From positions 14,663,429 through 14,727,428 of the forward strand of contig NC_057749.1 of the NCBI RefSeq assembly GCF_004010195.1: a DNA stretch of 64,000 nucleotides, given 5' to 3'. The stretch comes from Chiloscyllium plagiosum. Taxonomy: Eukaryota. Position numbers and translations under genes: made by a program. Positions 23,071-35,675 of the stretch are shown piece after piece. The notes below the pieces were generated by a model. That model was not told where the DNA came from. It ran no database searches and was given only the letters and a program-made list of their open reading frames with translations. Positions within the stretch are counted from its first letter, which is position 1; each line of letters begins with the position of its first letter.

Positions 23071-23569
23071 TCAGAGGGCCCGCAACCAATAGGGTGACAG
23101 CAGACACAGCCCTGAGGAGCCTCTATGCCTGGGTCAGAAAGACAGCACTGCTGACAGTGCAGCACTCAGTCCACTGGAGATGTAGCCTGGGATCTGTGCC
23201 CATGTCTCTGGAGTGGGCTTCCAACTAGCAACCATCTCAACTGGGTTAATAGACTGAGGAGTGGCAGATGGAGTTCAGTTTGGATAAATATTACGTATTC
23301 CTTGAAACTGTGTAAAAACCCCTTGAAGTGCAAGTTTTACATGAGATTAATATTGTACATAAAATCTGTAATTGTAACTGCAGTGTGATATCTCAGAGTG
23401 TCATGTGCTGTTGGGAGAGAAGCTTGACTGTTTAACACAAGTTTAGTGCCAAGTCTGAACTGTTGTGTAATGTACCTTACAGATTTTATGAACAAAGTAT
23501 ATTTTTAGATTTAAAAAATCCAGGATTCATATTCACCCTTAATGCACCAGCTACAGCACCTGTCAAACT

Positions 23570-24290
23570 AGCTGAGCCAAAAGACCATGGGTTCAAGCCC
23601 CCCTGTTCGACACTTAGAGTCATAGAGATGTACAGCATGGAAACAGACCCTTCGGTCCAACCCGTCCATGCCGACCAGATATCCCAACCCAATCTAGTCC
23701 CACCTGCCAACACCCGGCCCATATCCCTCCAAACCCTTCCTATTCATATAACTGACACTTGACACAGGCTGACTGCAATACTGAGGGAGTGCTACATTGT
23801 TAAGGGAGGGTGAGTCTCTGTGATGAGACATTAAGCTGATCTGTTGGCTACTGGTTCAGTTGGCTGGACAGCTAGCCTCATAATGCAGAGGGAGGTCAAT
23901 AGTTACAGCTTCAAGTCCTGAGGTTCACATAAAGTCCTACCTCCTCAACCTTTCTCCTTGTCTGAGGTGTGGTGACCCTCAGGCTAAACCAGTTGTCTCC
24001 CTCTTATGATAGCGTGGTCCTCCAAGTGATGTTACCTTTTACAGAGATGGTGAAGATCCCACAGGACTATTCCAAGATGAGTATTGAGTTCTGCTAGCCC
24101 ATAACGATCTCCCCGTCAATCACCAGAAAGATATTCATTAATCACTCAACACATTCTGTGGGATATTGCTTTGTACGAATGAACTGTGGCTTTGGCCTCC
24201 CTTATAAGGTCAAAGTTTAGCAATTGTTTGTGAGGTGTTTTGTGACATCGTGGAGGATGTGGAAGGTGCCATGTAAATGGAAGTTTTCTC
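23570..24290 (+). mobile_element. DeuSINE-like element carrying nested HER1 (23615-23750, -) and another tRNA-SINE (~23840-24040)
   Basis: GCAATACTGAGGGAGTGCTACATTG, GATCCCACAGGACTATT, AAGGTGCCATGTAAATG; the HER1 tail is antisense. Confidence 0.7.
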
Positions 24291-24787
24291 TTCAGATTAG
24301 AGCCTGTTGGCTTTTGTTTAATTATCTTCTATTTGTTGCAGTTTGATCTGATCGCTGTGGTGACAGACCAAACTGACTTTACGCGTAGGTCCTGGACACA
24401 CGACATTGATACAAACCTGGAACTAAGCCTCTGTGTCTCATTATTTATGTCTTTAATCAATGGAGAGCTGGAGTCTGAAAATCAATCGAACTCCACTCAC
24501 TGTTTAATTTAAATCATTCCCTATCATTTTTCATTCTGAAGTTTTCTAGCCTAATTGGGAATGTAAACACACTAGTGCGCCAGGGTCTTCTCAGACAACA
24601 CAATTCAATTTCTTCCAAAGTAACTGAGACCACACTTTGTTTTGAAGTTTAGCTGAACCTTTCTGTAAACCGCCGCACATTGAGAAGTTTAGCAAGGGCT
24701 AAGAGGCCTTGTTTGTTGCTAAATTCTAAGTTGAGATACTGAGGTCTGTTAGTACTTGCAACTCTGTGAGAACCTTCTGGCACCCCT

Positions 24788-25003
24788 TGAGATAACTCCA
24801 CTAAGGTCGGTATTCCACCCTTTATTTACACATGGACAGTACATCACACTGATCAAGCTCCTTCAGAGTCAGCTCCTGGAGTGAACAGAACCTCTGACAC
24901 TCCTGTTTATCTCTGTCAGCCAGAGCTCCCTGATTGGACAAGGTTAACAGCCCCAGTCAGGGAACTCATATTCTGAGAGGTCTGCCTGGCTATTCTCATT
25001 ACA
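24788..25003 (-). mobile_element. Short Gypsy-type LTR-like element
   Basis: Minus strand TGTAATG...TATCTCA ends, CCAATCAG box, AATAAA; no TSD seen. Confidence 0.55.
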
Positions 25004-25564
25004 GCCGCTACGCCCCCACATTCCATGGTCACACGTCTAGAGGGTTCCTACCTACAGATCATTATTCCTCTCAATATGACAATTTCCTGTCTAAACTTGT
25101 CACGGAACACATTAACCACATTGCTGTGGGTCTGGAGTCATATGTAGGCCAGACCAAGTAAGAGCAACAGATCTCCTTTCCTGAAAGGAGTGAACCTGAT
25201 GGGATTTTACAACAATCTGGTTGTCATGGTCACCATCACTGAGCCAAGCATCCAATTCCAATGGGATTAAAACAGATGGATGTTTGATTGCTGACATGGA
25301 GATAATGGGCTGAAGGGCCACTTTCCATGCTGTGAAAGCTTAATGACATTGTTAATTGAATATGAATGCTTGTAGCTGCCTTGGTGCATTTGAACCTGAG
25401 CCCCTGGAGTAATCAGCCTGTGACTTCTAGCTTGGAGTAGGACATTACCACTGTACCACTGTCCTCAAACAAGGAAGTAGGAGATCATGCAATGGTTTAG
25501 GTTTGTGAAGTAAGAATTGTCAACTTCAGAGACCAAGATATGACCTGTATTTCTCAAAGATTTG

Positions 25565-26092
25565 CAGAGCTGTGTACGGTTCTGGCTGCCCTGCAATGGG
25601 AAGGATGTTATTAAATTGGAGAGGGTGCAGGGAAGATTTGCAAACTGTTACTGGGACTGGAGGGTTTGAGTTATAAGGAGAATCTACATAGGATGGGTCT
25701 TCTTCCCCTGGAGTGTCGGAGGTTGGGGTGGGGGGAATGACCTTGCCGAAGTTTGTAAAATCATGAGGGGCATAGATAACATGAACAGCAAAAGTCTTTT
25801 TCCAAGGCTAGGGGAGTTCAAAACTAGAGGGCAAGGTGAGAGGGCAAAGGATTAAAAGGTGCTACCTTTTCACACAGAGTGTAGTTCGTGTATGGAATGA
25901 ATTGCCAGAGGAAGTGCTAGATGCAGTTATAGTTACAATAGTGAAAAAGACATTTGGGCAGTTACATGAATAGGAAAAGTTCAGAGGGATATTGGTCAAA
26001 CACAAGCAAATGGGTCTAGTTTAGTTTGGGAAACCTGGTCATCATGAAAACATAGATAGAGGGGTCTGTTTCCGTGCTGTATGACTCTGAGA
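25565..26092 (+). mobile_element. HER1-type CR1 3' fragment
   Basis: GGAAGGATGTTATTAAATTGGAGAGGGTGCAG..GGTCTGTTTCCGTGCTGTATGACTC. Confidence 0.88.
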
Positions 26093-26119
26093 TTAGTTTA
26101 GAGAATGTTTACCAGATTA

Positions 26120-26352
26120 ATATAGAAGCAGATGCTGGAGATCTGCAATAAAAACAGGAAGTGCTGGAGAAACTCAGCAGGTCTGGCAGCACCTGTGGAG
26201 AGAGAAACAGAGTTAATGTTACAAGTCTGGTATGATCTTTTTGAACAGTACCAAATAAGAGCCATATTGGACTCAAAATGTTAACCCTGTTACTTTCTGT
26301 ACAGATGCTGCCAGACCTGCTGAGTTTCTCCACCACTTTCTGTTTTTTATTT
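26120..26352. mobile_element. Penelope-derived family-2 fold-back element
   Basis: AGAAACTCAGCAGGTCTGGCAGC inverted against GCTGCCAGACCTGCTGAGTTTCT. Confidence 0.8.
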
Positions 26353-26896
26353 CCAAACTGATACCAGGAATGGGATGGTTTTTTTAATGAGGAAAGGCCG
26401 GGCAGGCTAAGATGTACTTAGAAAAGTATGAGGAGGCTCAGTTGAGACATAGAAGATCCAGAAGGTTTTTGATATGTAGATATTGGAGAGGATGTTCCCT
26501 CGTCTGGGATAAACATGATCTAGTCATCACTTTAAAACTAAAGGGGTCCCACTGTTTAAAGCATAAAGCAAATTAAATGTAGCTTATTTCCCACAGAGAG
26601 CTATGAATCTTTGGAATTCTCCACCTCAAAAGACACTGGATGAAAACTGTTTGCCATGAGCTTATTGAAACGACGGAGCAGGTTTGAGGGGCTGAACGGT
26701 TTCGGCCTGCTCCTTGTTTGTATGTGCTTAAACTGGGATGGGGTGCAGAGGGATGAGGAACCAGGAGATAAAACCCTTTCCTGGAGCCGGAAGATTTGTC
26801 GGAGCAAAATTAGGCTATTCAGCCCATCAAGTCTGCTCTGCAAATTGACCAATCCCAACAATTCAAATGTCCAGCACAGAAATAAATTATTAGTCT

Positions 26897-27085
26897 TAGA
26901 GTCATAGAGATGTACAGCATGGAAACAGACCCTTCGGCCCAACCCATCCATGCCGACCAGATATCCTAACCTAATCCAGTTCCGTTTGCCAGCATTTGGT
27001 CCATATCCTTTTAAACCCTTCCTATCCATGTACACAACCAGATGCTTTTTAAGTTTTATAATTATACCAGCCTCCACCACTTCCT
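26897..27085 (-). mobile_element. HER1-type CR1 3' end
   Basis: TAGAGTCATAGAGATGTACAGCATGGAAACAGACCC. Confidence 0.9.
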
Positions 27086-27728
27086 GCGGGTGCAAAACAG
27101 TAAGTTGGCAAATTAGTGAGGTTGTGTTGGGGTGTGTGTCTATATCAGCGATAAAGAAAATCTGACACAAAGCAGAAGGAATACAGATTAAATGCCAACG
27201 CTGCTCCACATGTCAGCCCATCCCTGTATTACAACAGCACCAATTCATTTCTGTTACAGTAACCTAGTTTCATGAAATAAGGTTAGCCCAGCCTGCACCT
27301 TGTTGGATTGCTCCAGAATTTGATCCCTGTCTATTTCAATGCCATTATTTTCAGTGGCCCCAGGGCTATTCTGTTGATGTGCAGGCATACGGAGGAAAAT
27401 GAGGTAAAGGGTCATAGGGCCAGGCAGGATGTCAACTGTTACCATTCCACCTGACTGCCCCAAAGCTGACGGAGATTAATCAGAAGCTGAGCTCCAGTGT
27501 GCTCTGATCAGTGGCAGTGATTAACAAGGGGTCAGTGACCGGGGACAGTTGCTGTAGCAACTGTCAGAAGGAATGTAATTATCAAATTTGTTGTTCTTCT
27601 TCAAGGCTGTGGTGACCAGCTATCCCCAATTCTGTTGCAGTAATGTCCCCATCTGCCTTGCACGAGAGTCTCAGACCAGTGTCTTCAGCTATTAGGGTGG
27701 TGTCACGCAGCACTCATTCACAGAGTCA

Positions 27729-28067
27729 GAATCCCTACAGTGTAGGAAGAGGCCATTCAGCCCATCAGGTCTGCACTGATCCTCTCAGGAGCATTGTCCC
27801 TCCCTGCACTCACCCAATCCCTGCATGGAGTTTTTTTAACAATGGATAACCCAACTGGCCTGCACATTCCTGGACACTATATGAGCAAATTAGCACCTAA
27901 GCTGCACATCTGCAGACTGTGGGAGGAAACCGGAGCACCCAGAGGAAATCCACGCAGACACGGGGAGAATGTGCAAACTCCACATAGACAGTCACCTGAG
28001 GCTGGAATCAAACTCCGGTCCCCAGCGCTGGGAGCCAGCAATGCTAACCACTGGGACACCATGCCTC
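27729..28067 (-). mobile_element. HE1 SINE
   Basis: Reverse V-domain and head. Confidence 0.9.
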
Positions 28068-28077
28068 CCTATATCCC

Positions 28078-28372
28078 TTTTTATTCAGCCACAGGGTGAG
28101 GGCTAGGCTAGCATTTATCGCCCATTCCTAATTGCAGAGGGTAGGTAAGAGCCAACCACATTGCTGTGGGTCTGGGGTCACATATCAACCAGACCAGATT
28201 TCCTTCCATAAAGGGAATCCCCAGGGTTGTCATAGTCATCAATAAGCCGGCTCTTTATTCCAGAGTTTTTGACTGAGTTCAAATTTCAAAGATTGCTGTG
28301 GTGGGATTCAAACCCATGTCCCAGCAATATCACGCTGGTTTTCTGCATCTCGACCAAGTGACATTGCTACAA
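28078..28372 (-). mobile_element. SINE derivative of the tRNA-headed LINE
   Basis: CCACATTGCTGTGGGTCTGG, GGGATTCAAACCC (reverse B box). Confidence 0.75.
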
Positions 28373-28621
28373 TGCTTCCCCTTCATGACACTGCAGTCCC
28401 CCTCCTCATAGTCAGCTCCTGACCACTTGCTGCAGGTCCCTGGCTTTGCTCATGTCTTGTTTATTCCAACTAAAAGTGGGTTACTCTATCACTGGCATCT
28501 GCAGGTTGGAGTCCAATGTCAGAGAATTGGACATGGAATCTAGACTGAGAGCCTGGCTGTGCCGAGGAGGTACTACACTGTGGGGAGGTTTTTGATTTGA
28601 TTTGACTTATTATTGTCACAG

Positions 28622-29060
28622 CAGTCTAATAACGGCCATGAACTCATTGTCAATTGTTTGAAAAACCCATCTTGTTCACTAATGTCCTTTAGGGAAGGAA
28701 ACTGCCATCCCTAGACAAGCAGGAGGCTGGAAGAACACAGCAAGCCAAGCAACCTCAGGAGGTGAAGACGTCAGTGTTTCAGGTATAATCCATCTTTACT
28801 CCTGCAGAAGGGTTACACCCGAAACGTTGACTTCTCCACCTCCTAATGCTGCCTGGCTTGCTGTGTTCTTCCAGCCTCCTGATTGCCTACCTTGGTTTCC
28901 AGCATTTTTTTGTCTCTAACCAAGATTCTTACCTGGTCTGGCCTACACATGACTAGACCCACAGCCATGTGGTCAACCATTAACAGCCCTCTGGGCAATT
29001 AGGGATGGGCAATAAATGCTGGCCTAGCCAGCGATGCCCTCATCCTGTGAATGAATTTTT
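28622..29060 (+). mobile_element. SINE derivative of the tRNA-headed LINE interrupted by a Penelope family-4 palindrome (28712-28920)
   Basis: Junction GCCCTCTG|GGCAATTAGGGATGGG; insert arms CAGGAGGCTGGAAGAACACAGCAAGCCA and TGGCTTGCTGTGTTCTTCCAGCCTCCTG, with core CTGCAGAAGGGTTACACCCGAAACG. Confidence 0.8.
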
Positions 29061-29061
29061 T

Positions 29062-29425
29062 ACAAAATGTCCCTAGGTATGGTCAAAAATGTTGTTTTGC
29101 TGTGCAATACATTCAAATCATACCATACAAAGTGTGACAGGGTAATCGAACTGAGCAAGGAATACAATGTTGTGGCTGCAGACAAAAGGTGTACAAACAG
29201 CGTGGTCAACAATAAATTTGAAATTTGAGAGGTCCATTCAGAAGTCTGATAACAGCAGGGAAGAGGCTGCTCTTGAATCTGTTGGTGCATGTGTTTAAGA
29301 TTTTGTATCTTCTGCCCGATGGAACAGTTGTAAGAGATTATAACCGGGGTGAGAGGGGTCTTTGATAACGTTGGCTGTCTTTCCGATGCATCAAGAAGTA
29401 TAGATGGAGTCAATGGATGGAAGAT
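29062..29425 (-). mobile_element. Rex1/Babar LINE 3' fragment
   Basis: GAGAGGTCCATTCAGAAGTCTGATAACAGC shared with 17003 and 36313. Confidence 0.85.
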
Positions 29426-30199
29426 TTGACTATTAGATTGAGAGATAGGTGCTGTGCCTGCACTTCAGGCAAACGTGAACAATCTCATAATTATTATATT
29501 GAAGAAGAGCAGGTGGGGAGTTAGTTCCACTGGTCTAACTGATCTTTAGCCCTCCAGCAGCCGCATGGAAATATCTGGTCATTTGCTGTGTGTAAATTGA
29601 CTGTAGCATTTTTCTGAGATGACTACTCTTAGAAATATTTAATTAGGTTGTAAAACACTTTGGGTTGGTTTGCAAATGCCATCAATTTTGATTCAAAACG
29701 AGGGCAAACCAACTGAGAATCTTCACATGATTAAAAGTTCACCTTAATTTTCGTGATATTTAAATCAATCAAAGGGTACAGGCCAATTAGTGTTGAATTG
29801 AATTTATGTTTGATTGGATGAGCTGGTGATCATTTTAGCTTTCATCCTGTCATTGAATCCTGATGAGTCACTTCCTTTCCTGAGCTCTTCCATGGCCACA
29901 AAGGCACTTCCATGCACATTGTGGAAATTGCAGTTGGTAGTTTCATTGCCCCTAATAAAGCTGAAACTCAGGTAGTGTCAGGAACTCCAGAGTCTCCCTG
30001 GGCCAAACACACTTCAGTTCCTTCATTGAAACAACAGAGAATATTACTGCAATAAATCTGCTAAAAGCTCAGAGGAATGGTTTTTATTGTAGCATTATCC
30101 CTGAAAACATTTTCTTAAAAATTAAATATTGAATAAATACCTTCATGTGTCAGTGAATATTTGCACTGTGCCACTACACTATGCAATTTCTTATATTAG

Positions 30200-30580
30200 G
30201 AAGATGAACACACCTCTCTCTCCGTTGTATCTCCATCTATCCCTCTGTTTCATTTTCTTGCAATCTCCATTTCTGTCTCTCTTTCTGTTGTTTTTCCCCA
30301 ATCTCCCCATCTTAGTTTCATTATTGTTTATCCTTGTCTCTCTTGTGTGTCTCTCTGTCTGACTTGCCCTTCTTCGCTTTGTCTTAGTCTCTCTCTCTCT
30401 CTTTCTGTGCCACTTCCTTGCTGTTTGTCTGCCATTTCTCACACAATGTCTCCTTTTTTCAATTTATCCTGGTGTCTGTCTGACACTCCCTCCTTCTCTC
30501 TGCTTTTCTTCTCTCACCATCGTCCTCTCTCCCCTTTTTCTGTCATTTTCTTGAGTCTCTGTCTTACTCTCTGTCTTGTG
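30200..30580. repeat. CT-rich low-complexity tract
   Basis: Pyrimidine-rich, degenerate (CT)n/(CTGT)n. Confidence 0.8.
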
Positions 30581-30747
30581 GCAGGAGAGACCATTTGGGA
30601 CACAAACCTCCAAAGAGACTGGAATGAGGAAAATCACTCTTTTTCTGCCTCTCTTTTTCATTTGAAAAGCAACAGCACTCAAAGATTTTTCAAAAAGAAA
30701 GAAGACAACCAGTTCAAGTGAAGACCAAGGTCCAAATGACTGGCTAC

Positions 30748-31856
30748 TGTTATGAACCAGACTAGACTCCAAATTAAATTATTGATGTAGCCTAGACCCT
30801 AACTTTTATATTTTTTTAAAGGGAAGCGTAAGGTGCTGTGTTCCAGATGTGATTCAATTGGTCCACCACTAAGCTGTAATCAAAACACACTTTCTTTTTA
30901 CATTACAATTAAAATACAAAAGAAAATTGGTATATCTTTATTCTAATTACATACTTAACAAGATAACGTATTATTTAAACACTAATCACAAACTGTTCCA
31001 TTACAGGCAGCATCCCCGAGCCCAGGTGTCCCTGGTGAAGGAGCATGGGGTATCTTTCAACTCCCTCGAGCTGTTCAGGGGGAGGTGGGCACCGCAGGGA
31101 GTGGAGTGCCTTAATTCCCCCTCCAACTCTATTTTGATTTAATCCTACCCTTCCCTTCACTTTTTTGATCACGCAGCATTGCCTTTTGATGAGAAAGCAT
31201 TGTCACTGGCCACCCTGGTGTATCCTTTCTTCCTAGTGGTGGAAATTGAATAAAGATTTGTACACTTGTTATCTTTCACTGTGTCTCACACCTGCACACA
31301 CACAACATGGGTGCTGGGGAAAATATAAACACTACCACAGTCAGGCAGGAGTGTGAGGGTAAAGAAAAAATAAGAAAAAAAGAAAAAATAAACAAAAAGA
31401 AAAATATATAGGCAGCATCCCATAAGCATACCCGAAGACAAAAATGCATGTCAGCAAAACAGTTCTGATTATCACGAACTGTCTCCCTCTCTCTCCAGTC
31501 CAGAAGAAAGATACACTGAAAGATACAATCTGCCCCTTTGCACTTTTTAAGAGGAAGCCTCTCTGTCTAACACTTTGCTCTAGCAGCAGAGATGTCAAGC
31601 TTTCAGCTTCAACCACCAATAGGAACATTCTCATTAACTGAACGCCAAACTAGAAGTCTTCCCATGTCTGTGTGAGCCCTGACCCCACCCATTCGTGATT
31701 CTTTATCTTAATTTTCAAAAAAGAACACCCAGGGAGAACTTAAAACCTGTTCACCAACTGCCTGCCTAAAGGAGACGTTTCAGTACCACTGTGACAAAAC
31801 CCCTCTGCAGGAGAAACAGGGCAAAACACACCTCTTAAAGGAACAGTACCATCACA
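30748..31856. mobile_element. Solo-LTR-like element (~700 bp without its insert)
   Basis: TGTTATG...CATCACA inverted termini; flanks CTAC/TTAC (4-bp TSD, one mismatch); partial second copy at 17580. Confidence 0.65.
31017..31409 (+). mobile_element. Tx1/L1-clade LINE 3' end inserted in the LTR
   Basis: ORF2 C-terminus RAQVSLVKEHGVSFNSLELFRGRWAPQGVECL..ILI*, A-rich tail, 12-bp TSD AGGCAGCATCCC (31005-31016 and 31410-31421). Confidence 0.85.
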
Positions 31857-32154
31857 TTACAGAATTTAGGATGACAGCATGATATTATTGCCAAAAAACA
31901 AAGAGAAACAATTTGAGAGGAAGTCACCACATTTCCTCTTATAATTTGAAGATGTTTGCAATGTCTTTGTGCCTTTTTGCCTATAATTTCCACCAAGGGT
32001 ATTCTTGAGACGATTGTTAGTCTTGTCCTCCTGACCATCCTATATGTAAATAAATATGTGTGCATTTAGATTTAAAGGGATATAGGTTAACTTCTTATAT
32101 TACAAATTAATATTATGTTTTACCACTTGTCAGAGGATAATTAATTGAAAGCAA

Positions 32155-33130
32155 TCATTTATTGTTACATGTATTCAACCTAAAATACAGTGAAAAGTGT
32201 GGACCATCGCCATGCATAGCCATTTACTTAAACTTAAAATCAAATAAATAAGAAATAAAGATAACTTAAAGAGAGTTCAACTTTTCCTTCTCTGCTACTT
32301 CAGTCCTGCTCTGCGCTACACCAGCCTACACCATGTCCCTGCCAGAGTCTGGCTCTGCGCTACACCAGCCCACACCATGTCCCTGCCAGAGTCTGGCTCT
32401 GCGCTACATCAGCCTACACCATGTCCCTGCCAGAGTCTGACTCTGGGCTACACCAGCCCACACCATGTCCCTGCCAGAGTCTGGCTCTGCGCTACACCAG
32501 CCCACACCATGTCCCTGCCAGAGTCTGGCTCTGCGCTACACCAGCCTACACCATGTCCCTGCCAGAGTCTGGCTCTGCGCTACACCAGCCTACACCATGT
32601 CCCTGCCAGAGTCTGGCTCTGCGCTACACCAGCCTACACCATGTCTCTGCCAGAGTCTGGCTGTTTTTACCTCTGCGCTACACCAGCCTACACCATGTCC
32701 CTGCCAGAGTCTGGCTCTGCGCTACACCAGCCTACACCATGAGTTTGAGTCTGGCTCTGGGCTACACCAGCCTACACCATGTCCCTGCCAGAGTCTGGCT
32801 CTGCGCTACACCAGCCTACACCATGTCCCTGCCAGAGTCTGGCTCTGCGCTACACCAGCCTACACCATGTCCCTGCCAGAGTCTGGCTCTGCGCTACACC
32901 AGCCCACACCATGTCCCTGCCAGAGTCTGGCTCTGTGCTACATCAGCCTACACCATGTCCCTGCCAGAGTCTGGCTCTGCACTACACCAGCCTACACCAT
33001 GTCCCTGCCAGAGTCTGGCTCTGTGCTACATCAGCCTACACCATGCTGCCACCAGAGTCCCAGACTCCTCACTGTAGGTTTCACAGGCTGACCGATCTGT
33101 AGCCACGCTGCCTCTAAAGACACCGCCGTC
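32155..33130 (-). mobile_element. Probable Rex1/Babar-tailed non-autonomous element hosting a minisatellite
   Basis: TTTATTGTTACATG..ATACAGTGAAAAG tail similar to 14530 and 16850. Confidence 0.45.
32309..33060. repeat. 44-bp minisatellite, ~17 units
   Basis: Unit CTCTGCGCTACACCAGCCTACACCATGTCCCTGCCAGAGTCTGG, head to tail with no spacers. Confidence 0.97.
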
Positions 33131-33428
33131 ACTCCCAAACCTATCGAAAGCACCTTCCTACCGAACAGTTCTCTTTATCAGGTAACCTTGAGCTAAATAA
33201 TTTGTTACAATAAATAAGGTTTTGTTTCTTGCTCATTGATGATACCTGGTCTGAGTTTCTTTTATTTTTGACAATGGGTCACAGTCAGATATTAACCATC
33301 CTAGTGATTAAGTTGGTCATTTTCCTGTTGCTGTTGATTTATGGAATAATGGCATTTAGTTTCTAGAACATCATTCCCAGTAGGAATGTGACACCTTCTT
33401 AACATTGTGGGAAAGGTCAAATTTAACT

Positions 33429-35672
33429 TAGAGTCAGAGAGTTAGAGAGATGCACATCACAGAAACAGATCCTTCGGTCCAACCCGTCCATGCCGACCAG
33501 ATATCCCAACCCAATCTAGTCCCACCTGCCAGCACCCGGCTCATATCCCTCTAAACCCCTCCTATTCATATACCCATCCTGATGCCTTTTAAATGTTGCA
33601 ATTGTACCAGCCTCCACCACTTCCTCTGGCAGCTCATTCCATGTGTGAAAAAGTTGCCCCGTAGGTCTTTTTTATATAATTCCCCTCTCACTATAAACCC
33701 ATGCCCTCTAGTTCTGGACTCCCCCACCCCAGGGAAAAGACTTTGTCTATTTATCCTATCCATGCCCCTCATGATTTTATAAACCCCTCTAAGGTCATCC
33801 CTCAGCCTCCGACATGCCAGGGAAAACAGCCCCAGCCTGTTCAGCCTCTCCCTGTAGCTCAAATCCTCCAATCCTGGCAACATCCTTATAAATCTTTTCT
33901 GAACCCTTTCAAGTTTCACAACATCTTTCCCATAGGAAGGAAACCAGAATTGCATGGAATATTCCAAAAATTACCAAATCAATGTCCTGTACAGCTGCAA
34001 CATGAGCTCCTAACTCCTGTACTCAATACCCTTACCAATAAAGGAAAGCATACCAAACGCCTTCCTCACTATCTTGTCTACCCACGACTCCACTTTCAAG
34101 GAGCTATGAATCTGCACTCCAAGGTCTCTTTGTTCAGCAAATCTCCCTAGGACCTTACCGTTAGGTGTACAACTCCTGCTAGGATTTGCTTTCCCAAATG
34201 CAGCACCTCGTATTTATCTAAATTAAACTCCATCTGCCACTTCTCAGCCCATTGGCCCATCTGATCAAGATCCTGTTGTAATCTGAGGTAACCCTCTTCG
34301 CTGTCCACCTCCAATTTTGGTGTCATCTCCAAACTTACTAACTGTACCTATTATACTCGCAACCAAATCATTTATGTAAATGACAAAAAGTAGTGGACCC
34401 AGCACCGATCCTTGTGGCAGTCCTTGCCTTTCCAAATACATGTACATCCTGTCCGTCAGGACTCCCTCCAAAAACTTACCCACCACTGACATCAGGCTCA
34501 TCGGTCTATAGTTCCCTGGCTTGTCCTTACCCCCTTTCTTAAATAGTAGCATCACATTAGCCAATCTCCAGACTTCTGGCACCTCATCTGTGACTATTGA
34601 TGATACAAATATCTCAGTAAGAGGCCCAGCAATCACTTCCCTAGCTTCCCACAGAGTTCTCGGGTACACCTGGTCAGTTCCTGAGGATTAATCAAATTTT
34701 ATGCATTTCAAGACATCTAGAACTTCCTTCTCTGTAATATGGACATTTTTAAAGATGTTACCATCTATTTCCCTACATTCTATATCTTCCATGTCCTTCT
34801 CCACAGTAAGCACTGATGCAAAATACTCATTTAGTATCTCCCCCATCTCCTGCAGCTCCACACAAAGGCCGCTTGCTGATCTTTGAGGGGCCTTATTCAC
34901 TTCCTAGTTATCTTTTTGTCCTTAATGTATTTGTAAAAACCCTTTGGATTCTCCATAACTCTATTTGCCAAATCTATCATTTCCCCTTTTTGCCCTCCTG
35001 ATTTCCCTCTTAAGTGTACTCCTACTTCCTTTATACTCTTCTACCTGACATACGCTTTCTTCTTTTTCTTAAGCAAACCCTCAATTTCTTTAGTCATCCA
35101 ACATTCCCTATACCTACCAGCCTTCCCTTCCACTCTAACTGGAATATACTGTCTCTGGACTCTCGTTATCTCATTTCTGAAGGCTTCCCATTTTCCAGCC
35201 TGCGAACATCTGTCCCCAGTTAGCTTTTGAAAGTTCATGCCCAATACTGTCAAAATTAGCTTTGCTCCAATTTAGAATGCCAACTTTTAGATCCGGTCTA
35301 CCCTTTTCCACCACTACTTTAAAACTAATAAAACTATGATTGCTGGCCCGAAAATGCTCCCCCACTGACACCTCAGTCACCTGCCCTGCCTTATTTCCCA
35401 AGAGTAGGTCAAGTTTTGCATCTTCTCTTGTAGGTACATCCATATAATGAATCAGAAAATTTTCTTGTACACACTTAACAAATTCCTCTCCATCTAAACC
35501 CTTAACACTATGGCAATCCCAGTTTATGTTTGGAAAGTTAAAATCCCCTACCATAACCATCCTATTATTCTTACAGGTAACTGAGATCTCCTTACAAATT
35601 TATTTTTTAATTTCCCTCTGACTATTAGGGGGTCTATAATCCAATCCCAATAGGGTGAGCATCCCTTTCTTA
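33429..35672 (-). mobile_element. HER1-type CR1 LINE, ~2.2 kb with APE and RT remnants and internal deletions
   Basis: VMVGDFNFPNINW..LDLLLGN (APE); WRLANV..FKKG..GNYRP; PQGSVLGPLLFVIYIND..FGDD (RT); KLERVQKRF; tail. Confidence 0.95.
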
Positions 35673-35675
35673 TTT

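Noticed and set aside
26601..27209. 202-aa minus-strand ORF
   Set aside because: A chimera of CR1 tail fragments and unique DNA with no coherent protein signal.
32309..33102. Long repetitive ORFs (up to 218 aa) and a CRISPR-like periodic array
   Set aside because: Units are contiguous with no unique spacers, there are no cas genes, and the context is eukaryotic. The ORFs arise because the 44-bp unit lacks stop codons.
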